Positions 56,922 through 64,000 of a stretch of 64,000 bases of DNA are shown here, piece after piece. The translations under genes were made by a program, and so were the position numbers. Each line of letters opens with the position of its first letter. Position 1 is the stretch's first letter. The notes beneath the pieces are model-generated. The model did not search any database. It worked only from the letters and a program-made list of their open reading frames with translations, and was not told where the DNA came from. The stretch is from an uncultured Chloroflexia bacterium. Its GTDB lineage: Bacteria > Chloroflexota > Limnocylindria > Limnocylindrales > CSP1-4. The stretch is from the NCBI GenBank assembly GCA_963734535.1, contig CAVTHS010000011.1, positions 1 to 64,000 of the forward strand. The letters run 5' to 3'.

Positions 56922-58695
56922 GCATCTCCTCCTGTTGGAGCCGGACGACGACACGGGTCCCCGTGCCCGGCGCAGTGTGCACCTCGAGCGTACCGCCGAT
57001 CTGCTCCACTCGCTCGCGCATCGCCGTCATGCCGAAGCCGTGGTCGAGGGCATCTTCGACCCGCGCCGGGTCGAAGCCGGACCCGTCGTCCGTGACCTCG
57101 AGCGTCATGACGCCGCCGTCCTCGCCCAGCCTGACGGCTGCGTGGTAGGCGCCGGCGTGCTTCCGGACGTTCGTGAGCGCCTCCTGCACGACGCGCAGGA
57201 GCTGGACCTCGCTGCGTGGCGTGAGCGCCCGACTCGCTGCACCATCGCAGCTGAGCGTCGTCTTGATCCCGGTCTGGCGGGAGAACTTGCCGAGGTATTC
57301 GCCCAGGGCACCCTCCAGCCCCTCGGTCGATGCGGTCGAGTTGCTGAGCCCCAGGATCGCTTCGCGCACATCCTTGTAGCCCTCGTCCGCGATATCCGCC
57401 AGCCCGGCGAGCTCGGTGGCGGCGTTGTTGCCGGCCACGAGGCGTATCTTCGGAACCAGGCCGCGGAGTCCGAGGTGGAGCACGCCGAGCACCTGGGCGA
57501 TGGTGTCGTGCAGCTCGCGGGCGATCCTGTCCCGTTCGGCGACGATCGTGTACTGGTGCTCGGCGTCTCGGAGGCGGGCGGTCCGCACCCCGATGGCGGC
57601 CATGTAGGCGAGCGCGCCCAGGAGGTTTCGCTCCCGGTTCGCGAACGGGACCCCGTTCGTGCGCATCACGCAAAGCTCGCCGAGGAAGCCATCGGCGCCC
57701 CGCATCGGCTGCGCAAGGACGATCGCTCGCGGCCCCCCGTGCTGGATCGGGCATGCCGAATTGTGCCGATGCTCCTCGTGGGTATCGGCGCTGTGGGCCA
57801 GCAGGCAGGTCGATCCGTCGTCGGCGAGCGCCAGGCGATCCGTCCAGTCGTACGTCCGGCCGTCGTCGCGGGGGTTGGCCAGGCAGGCAACCGCCCGCTC
57901 CGCGCCGAGCAGCTCACGGGCGTGGCTCGTGATCGTGTCGAGGACCTCGCGCAGCTCGGCGCTCCCGGTGAGCTGGAGGGCGACCGAATGGAGAGCCTCG
58001 CGCTCGTGCTCCTCGCGGCGGAGGTCGGCCAGCGTCGTCGTCAGGGTCGCCGCCGTGCCGATCGCGCCGGCAAGGTCCACCAGTGCCGCCATCGAGATGG
58101 CCGGATCGCCCGACGGGTGGAAGACCAGGCGCATCGTCCCGACCGTGGCGCTGCTGCCAGCCAGCGGGAGATCCAAGACCGTCGCGTCGACCCCGGGGAG
58201 CTGCGCCTGGGCGGGACGCGCCGTCACGGCCGGCGTCTCGTCCAGGATGGCGTGGGCCCACAGCATGCCCGTGCTATCGCCGAGGTCGCCCGGCCGTCGA
58301 GCCGCCAGCGGCTGGCCGCCCGGCCCGTTGACGCTGATCTGGCCGGCGAGCGCGCCCGTGTGCACGAGCACGCGATCGAGCGCGGCAGCGAGCATCGCCG
58401 GGAGCTCCTGGTCGCCTTGCAGGGCCGAGGCAACGGCATGGGTGGCGGCAAGGTCCCGGTTCGTCTCGACGAGCTGACGCTGGGCGCGATCGAGGAGCGC
58501 GAAGATGCCGAGGGCGAAGAGCACCGCCCCGCCGCTCATCACCAGGGCCGCGAAGAGGTGGGCGGAGTCGGCCGGGACGCGGGGATCGATCACGAGGTAA
58601 CGAGCCAGCTCGAAGCCCCAGATGAGGCCGATCGGAAGCAGGACGCCAACCCACTTCGCACGCACCAGCAGCCGAACGTCGCGCTCCGGATTCAC
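56881..58695 (-). CDS. membrane sensor histidine kinase (2 TM, GAF domains, HisKA_3/NarX-like)
   Basis: ERDRIARELHDTIAQ, QEALTNVRKHA, DDGSGF, GFGM..MRER, PGTGT. Confidence 0.93.
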   Translation of the reverse strand: MNPERDVRLLVRAKWVGVLLPIGLIWGFELARYLVIDPRVPADSAHLFAALVMSGGAVLFALGIFALLDRAQRQLVETNRDLAATHAVASALQGDQELPAMLAAALDRVLVHTGALAGQISVNGPGGQPLAARRPGDLGDSTGMLWAHAILDETPAVTARPAQAQLPGVDATVLDLPLAGSSATVGTMRLVFHPSGDPAISMAALVDLAGAIGTAATLTTTLADLRREEHEREALHSVALQLTGSAELREVLDTITSHARELLGAERAVACLANPRDDGRTYDWTDRLALADDGSTCLLAHSADTHEEHRHNSACPIQHGGPRAIVLAQPMRGADGFLGELCVMRTNGVPFANRERNLLGALAYMAAIGVRTARLRDAEHQYTIVAERDRIARELHDTIAQVLGVLHLGLRGLVPKIRLVAGNNAATELAGLADIADEGYKDVREAILGLSNSTASTEGLEGALGEYLGKFSRQTGIKTTLSCDGAASRALTPRSEVQLLRVVQEALTNVRKHAGAYHAAVRLGEDGGVMTLEVTDDGSGFDPARVEDALDHGFGMTAMRERVEQIGGTLEVHTAPGTGTRVVVRLQQEEMRAAHAPDAARAGG

Positions 58696-58890
58696 CTGCC
58701 AACCCTACCCCCCCGAGGGGTGCCGAATGGCAGGGCCGATCGGCCCCATGCGTGTGTGCGCATCGGTCCATATACGCACGTGAGGTTGCGCGCACGCCGC
58801 GCGAGCGTGCCGCGGTGCGAATCCCCGGCCCAGCGGGGTCCCCGGATGGCGTGCGTTCCGCCAGCCCGCCATTCTCCGTACACTGCGGCG

Positions 58891-59496
58891 GTGGTGTTCG
58901 AATCGAGCTACCGGACCATTCCCATGACGCTCTACACCGAGCAGTTCGTCGTGCGGGGGACGATCCAGACCCGCCAGCATCGCGTGACGGACATCCTCAA
59001 CGACGCGGACCAGCGGTTTCTCGTCCTCGAGGACGTGTCGATGGAGGAGCTCGGTTCCAGGGAGCTGCCGACGCGCGCCGACTATGCCCAGGTGAACCTC
59101 GCCTCGATCCTGTTCGCGGTCTCGCTCCAGGCCATCGAGCCGACGCGCGAGCTTCGAACGCCGAAGATCACCGAGCGAGCCCTCGTCTCCATCCCGCCCT
59201 TCCGGGTCATCGGGAACGTCCACCTGCTCCTGGAACGAAGCCTCCGCGACTCTCTCGCGGAGCTGCAGGCCCAGTTCGTGCCGGTGACCGACGCGGTCTT
59301 CTGGTCCGAACGCCTGGGCGAGGCGCGCCGGAGCGCGGCGATGGTGGCGGTCAACCAGGCCCGCGCGGAGATCCTGGCTCCTTTCCGGGAGGTCAATCCG
59401 TCGGCGGACCCGGCCGGCACCGCGCCCTCGGGGTCACCGACCCGCCTGCCAGGCGTTCGGGAGGATCGCGATCCGAGGCCGCCCGGCTCGTTCTAG
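58891..59496 (+). CDS. hypothetical protein (DUF6812-like)
   Basis: Two-fold internal repeat (RGTI..R.TDILN...FL.L.D / GNVH...L...FVPVTDA..VN); start may be 58924. Confidence 0.6.
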   Translation: MVFESSYRTIPMTLYTEQFVVRGTIQTRQHRVTDILNDADQRFLVLEDVSMEELGSRELPTRADYAQVNLASILFAVSLQAIEPTRELRTPKITERALVSIPPFRVIGNVHLLLERSLRDSLAELQAQFVPVTDAVFWSERLGEARRSAAMVAVNQARAEILAPFREVNPSADPAGTAPSGSPTRLPGVREDRDPRPPGSF

Positions 59497-60339
59497 CGGT
59501 CGACCGGGAGGTCCAGGCGGCCGCCCCAGTCGGCCCAGCCGCCGTCGTAGACCGCCACGTCGTCGTGGCCCATGAGCGCCAGCACGAACGCGAGCTTCGC
59601 GGCCCCGATGCCCGATGCGTCGTAGCAGACGACGCGCCGCCCGGACGTCACGCCGGCTCGATCGATGAGGGCGCGAAGGCTGCCGCCGTCGACGAACCGT
59701 CCCGAGCCCGGCTCCGTGGTCAGTGCGACCGGCAGGTTGACGGCGCCCGGGACGTGACCGAGCCGTCGGCCGTTCCCCTCGAAGCCGCGGTACTCGGCGG
59801 GCGCCCGCGCGTCGAGGATGACGGCCCCGGCCGACCCGACGAGGGAGCGAAGGTCGCTCGTCGTCAGCCGCGTCCGCAGCTGGGCTCGCGGGGTGAATGC
59901 AGCGGGCACCGGCTCGTTGGCGGCGTGGCTGATCGGGCGACCCGAGTCGACCCAGGCCCCGTACCCGCCGTCGAGGACGCGGACGGATTCGATGCCGTAG
60001 GCGCGCAGGCTCCACCACGTCCGGGCCGCGTACAGGCTGGCCGTGTCGTCGTACACCACGACGGTGCTCCCGTTCGAGATCCCGGCCCCGGCGACGGCGG
60101 CCGTGACCTGGTCGGGGGGCGCGAGGAGGAGCAGCGTGTCGGCGTCCTCGGGATCCACGAACGCCGACGCGCCAGTCGACGTAGGTCGCGTTCGGGACGT
60201 GGCCGGCAGCGAAGGCGAGCCGCCCGGTCCCGTCGGGACGCCACCGGACGTCGAGAATCCGGACCTCGGGCCGGCCGAGGTTCTCGGCCAGCCAGTCGGG
60301 GGACGCGAGGAGCTCGGGTCGAGCGTGGGCGCCTGGCAT
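59493..60339 (-). CDS. two-domain rhodanese/sulfurtransferase (frameshift ~60170)
   Basis: LDVR..GHVP.A, VVYDD..AARTWW, LDGG..AW, DARAPAEY, GHVPGA, YDGGWADW; the active-site position reads CYDASG rather than the usual YC.SG. Confidence 0.88.
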
Positions 60340-60361
60340 CGCCGCCTATCATACGGACCCC

Positions 60362-61631
60362 ATGACGCATCCGATCGAGGCGCCGGCCGGCGCCGACCCC
60401 GACCGCGAGAAGGTCGCCGCGCTCCGGGCATCGCTCCCCGCGACGCGCGCCGGGATCTACCTCGACACCGGAACCAGCGGGCCGATCCCCGCCGAGAGCG
60501 CCGCTGCGATGCGTCCAGGCCGAGGAGCGGGAGCTCGCGCTCGGCCGCGCGACCCGCGACGCGGACGAGGAGCTGGCGGACCGGATGGCGGAGGCGCGCG
60601 GGGCGCTCGCGGCAGTCCTCGGGACCGACATCGACCGCGTGGCCCTGACCCACTCCACGACGGAAGGGATCGGGCTGGCGGTCGGGACGCATCGACTGGC
60701 GTCCGGGAGATCGCGCGCTGACCACGAGCCAGGAGCATCCCGGGCTGCTGCGGCCAGCTGGCGGCCGCGCGGGACCGGCACGGGGTCGAGGTGCGCGTCG
60801 CCGAGATCGGCGACGGCGGTGACGATGACCGAACGCTCGCCGCGCTCGAGCGCGAGCTCGTCGGCGGGACGCGTGCGGCTCGTCGCGCTCTCCCACGTGC
60901 TGTGGACGACCGGGGCGGTCCTTCCCGTCGCCGAGATCGTGCGGCGCGCCCATGCGCACGGCGCCGCCGTCGTGCTCGACGGCGCCCAGGCGGGCGGCGC
61001 GATCCCGGTCCACGTGGACGACCTCGGTGCCGAGTTCTACGCGGTCCCCGGCCAGAAGTGGCTGCTCGGCCCGGCGGGCACGGGCGCGCTCGTCGTTCGT
61101 CGGGACGTCGCGGCCGCGGCCGTGCCGCTGGCGCGCGGCGACTTCAGCTCGGCCACGCCCGATGGCGTCGGCGGCGACGACCTCTGGCCGGACGCCCGCC
61201 GTTTCGAGGTGGCCGGCTACCATGGCCCATCGCTCGTCGGCCTCGCCCGAAGCGCCGGGTGGCTCGCGATGTACGTCGGCCTGCCCTGGGCGCACGCGCG
61301 GGCCGGCCGCCTCGCTCACGCGGCCGCGATCCGCCTCCAGGGCACGCCGGGCGTGAGGCTCGTCACCCCGCCGGAGCGGATGGCGACCCTCGTCACGTTC
61401 CGGCTCCCCGGCTGGCCGGCGGAGCGCGTCGCAGAGGAGCTGGCACGCCGCGTCTTCGCGAGCGTGCGCGCCATCCCCGTCCTTGACGCCGTCCGTCTCT
61501 CGGTCGGCTTCTTCACCACCGAGGAGGAGCTCGGCCGCGTCATGGACCTCGTCGCCGAGATCGCGCGCCACACGCCCGCGACCCTGCCGACGCGTCCCGC
61601 GATCGAGTTCCTCGGGCAGTCGTCCGCGTGA
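60362..61631 (+). CDS. class V aminotransferase (cysteine desulfurase/lyase-like), frameshifted
   Basis: YLDTG..GP, THSTTEG, SHVLWTTG, LDGAQ, PGQKWLLGP.GTG, RLSVGFF. Confidence 0.88.
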
Positions 61632-62024
61632 CGGAGCCGGATCCCCGCCCGGTCCCGCAGCGATCCTGGCTCGAGGTTCGCTGGCGCCAGGCCCGAAACG
61701 CGCCGCCGCCAGTCTTCCGCGCCGTCCTCAGCAGCGTCACGGTCGCGGTCGTGCTGGGCGGGCTCTACCTTGCCTACGACCTGGCGCTGGCGGACGGGGC
61801 TCGGCTGCCGGGCGGGGACCTGCGGACCCTCGCCGGGATCGTCTTCGTGGTCGCGGTCACGGGCCTGGGTGCGTGGATCACGTATCTCGTGGTGCCGCAG
61901 CCGGGTCGGCCCGGCGTTCGAAGCCGCGTGGAGCGCGGCGCTCGGGCTCTTCGCGGCCCTGCCGATCGCCTACCTGGCGCTCGTGATCCTGTTCCAGGTC
62001 GTGAAGCCGCTCCTGGTCCGGTAG
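61628..62024 (+). CDS. small membrane protein (frameshift ~61920)
   Basis: Hydrophobic helices continue in a second frame ending KPLLVR*. Confidence 0.55.
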
Positions 62025-62196
62025 CCGTCGGAGCAGCCGGGCCGCCGGGATCGGTGCATCGCCGCACCGTCGATGCGCACGGCGCACGAGATTGGTACTG
62101 GTACGATCGGCCGTGCTGCGGTACCCTCGTCCGGCATTCATCCGCGGTGCGCGGCAGTATCGTCGCTCCCGTCAACCCAGCACGATCGGAACTCCA

Positions 62197-62541
62197 CGTG
62201 GCTGTCCAGCCGGACCCATACTTCGCGCTTCCCAGCCTGTACGGCGCCCCGGCGTATTCGCGCCCGCCGCGCCCGCCCGTCGAGGTCGCGCGGCCACTCG
62301 ACCCGGACGACCTCCCGATCTCGAGTCGAACAGACCGAGGAGGAGCGCCGGCTCGCCGATGCGCTCCTGGCGTCGAGCGGTCCGTGCCGGTCGGCACGGG
62401 TGTCGGGCGCGAGCTCCCCGGCGGCGGCGACCCCGGCTACCAGGCCGCCGGGCGCGGCCGTGCGCTCGCGGTGCGTCCGAGCTGCTCCCGCGCCGCCTGA
62501 GCCTCCGCGTGCTCACCGATCGCGTCCGCCCCCGCGGCTGA
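62197..62541 (+). CDS. hypothetical protein (likely frameshifted)
   Basis: PSLYGAPAYSRPP...LDPDDLPI then EQTEEERR in an adjacent frame. Confidence 0.4.
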   Translation, partial: RGCPAGPILRASQPVRRPGVFAPAAPARRGRAATRPGRPPDLESNRPRRSAGSPMRSWRRAVRAGRHGCRARAPRRRRPRLPGRRARPCARGASELLPRRLSLRVLTDRVRPRG

Positions 62542-62627
62542 GACGCGATCCGGCTCGGCCGGATCGGCCCGCTCCGCGCGCCCATCTGTTCGACATGCCG
62601 ACTCACCCGACGTCATCATCTGCAGGG

Positions 62628-63049
62628 ATGAGCACGCCAACGATCCGGATCGGACAGGCCGCCGAGCTGCTCGGCGTCGGCGTCGAGACGCTGCGACGCT
62701 GGGAGCTCGAGGGCCGGCTCGCCACGACCCGAACCGACGGCGGACAGCGGCGGGTGGCGATCGCTGAGGTGACCCGGCTCCTCGCGGAGCGGCGCCGGAG
62801 CACGCAGGACCGGCCGATCGTCGCCCAGTCGGCACGCAATCGATTCGCGGGAATCGTGACCCGGATCGAACGCGATCGGCGTGGCGGCCGTCGTCGAGGT
62901 GATCGCCGGCCCGCACCGGCTGGTCAGCCTGATGACCGCGGAGGCGGTCGAGGAGCTCGGGCTGAAGGCCGGGCGACGAGGTCGTGTGCGTCGTGAAGGC
63001 GACGAACGTGATCGTCGAGGTCCATTCGTCGCGAGAGTCGCGCGCGTGA
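62628..63049 (+). CDS. MerR-type HTH + TOBE molybdate-binding regulator (frameshifted)
   Basis: IRIGQAAELLGV..ETLRRW, SARNRFAG.V, SLMTAEAVEELGL, VKAT.V; upstream of modA. Confidence 0.85.
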
Positions 63050-63873
63050 GATCCCGCCTCCCCACGCTCGTCGGCGTCGTCGCCCTCCTCCTGGGCGCCT
63101 GCGCGGGAAGCCCGTCGCCTGCGTCCGGGCAGCCTGCCGCGGGCGTCGCCGCATCGGGTGCCCCACGCGTCGAGGTCACGATCTACGGCGCGGCGTCGCT
63201 GCAGGGCGTGCTTGCCACGGTCAAGTCCGTCTACGAGGCGGCCGTTCCCGGCACCGGCCTGACCATCTCGACGGACTCGTCGGCCGCCCTCGAGACGAAG
63301 ATCGAGCAGGGCGCCCCGGCGGATGTCTTCCTCTCCGCGGACACGACGAACCCGCAGAAGCTCGTCGACGCGGGTCTCGCCGACGGGGAGGCGGTCGTGT
63401 TCGCGACCAACAGGCTGGTTGTCATCGTGCCGACGAGCAACCCCGCCGCGATCACATCGCCGGCCGACCTCGCGAGGCCCGGAATCAAGGTGATCGCCGC
63501 CGGCGACAGCGTGCCGATCGCGAAGTACGCGGCGCAGCTGGTCGCGAACCTCGCCAGGGAGCAGGGCTATCCGGCCGGCTTCGTCGCCAGCTACACCACG
63601 AACATCGTGTCCAAGGAAGACAATGCGAAGGCGGAGGTCGCCAAGGTCGAGCTCGGCGAGGGCGACGCCGCCATCGTGTACGCCACGGATGCCAGGGCCT
63701 CGAGACGGGTCGCGACCATCGAGGTGCCCGAATCGGCCAACGTCCTGGCGCGGTATGCCGGCGTCGTCGTCAGGCGGCCGGCGAACGCGGCGGCAGCGAC
63801 GTTCCTCGCCTGGTTCACCGGACCGGACGGCCAGGCGATCCTGGGCAGCTTCGGGTTCCTTCCCCCGTCATGA
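63046..63873 (+). CDS. modA: molybdate ABC transporter substrate-binding lipoprotein
   Basis: Lipobox LGAC, AASL, SS..L..KIEQGAPADVFLSA, N.LV, VP, GEGDAAIVYATD. Confidence 0.92.
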   Translation: MRSRLPTLVGVVALLLGACAGSPSPASGQPAAGVAASGAPRVEVTIYGAASLQGVLATVKSVYEAAVPGTGLTISTDSSAALETKIEQGAPADVFLSADTTNPQKLVDAGLADGEAVVFATNRLVVIVPTSNPAAITSPADLARPGIKVIAAGDSVPIAKYAAQLVANLAREQGYPAGFVASYTTNIVSKEDNAKAEVAKVELGEGDAAIVYATDARASRRVATIEVPESANVLARYAGVVVRRPANAAAATFLAWFTGPDGQAILGSFGFLPPS

Positions 63874-64000
63874 TCGAGGACGCAGTGGAGCTTGTTGGCA
63901 GCGCCGCAGCCGAGGCCCGCGCACCGGCGCAGGCTGCGACGCGGCGACCAGCGCGGGGCGCGGGCCCGATTGTCGCGATGGCCGCCCTTCTCGCGCTATT
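63870..64000 (+). CDS. modB: probable molybdate ABC permease, 5' fragment (runs off the window)
   Basis: ATG overlaps the modA stop; first hydrophobic segment begins at the window edge; call mostly from position. Confidence 0.5.
   Translation, partial: MIEDAVELVGSAAAEARAPAQAATRRPARGAGPIVAMAALLAL

Noticed and set aside
33130-59500. Cytochrome locus as a discrete integrative element
   Set aside because: No integrase, tRNA or matching boundary repeats were seen, and composition looks similar to the flanks.

Overview
Very GC-rich bacterial window. The gene content and the Pro/Ser/Ala-rich secreted proteins suggest a monoderm such as Chloroflexota (Limnocylindria-like), but this is inference only. 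Scattered frameshifts in otherwise ordinary genes look like long-read or consensus errors. 1-33 kb is mostly housekeeping and metabolic: Nudix, Zn-ADH, hydrolases, enoyl-CoA hydratase, a truncated AAA ATPase, a macrodomain protein, TadE/TadE/TadG, thiolase, uppS, an A-type Fe-S carrier, MFS, a dioxygenase, an IS30-family element beside a duplicated molybdo-oxidoreductase gene, GT2 plus flippase-like gene, an osmoprotectant ABC transporter, an LLM oxidoreductase, DNA ligase and a GH10 xylanase. The main feature is a ~25 kb multiheme-cytochrome locus (33.3-58.7 kb) with 38 heme-binding motifs in five proteins. It encodes a Cbc-like cytochrome/4Fe-4S/NrfD module, an ImcH/NapC-like decaheme, a complete system II maturation operon, a large stalked octaheme, an OmcS-like hexaheme nanowire candidate, NHL and TPR proteins, a Rieske protein and dedicated regulators, but no recognisable outer-membrane porin. 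It reads as a candidate extracellular-electron-transfer (nanowire) system. The window ends with rhodanese, a class V aminotransferase and a molybdate (TOBE/modA/modB) operon. All family assignments come from motif recognition, not database searches.
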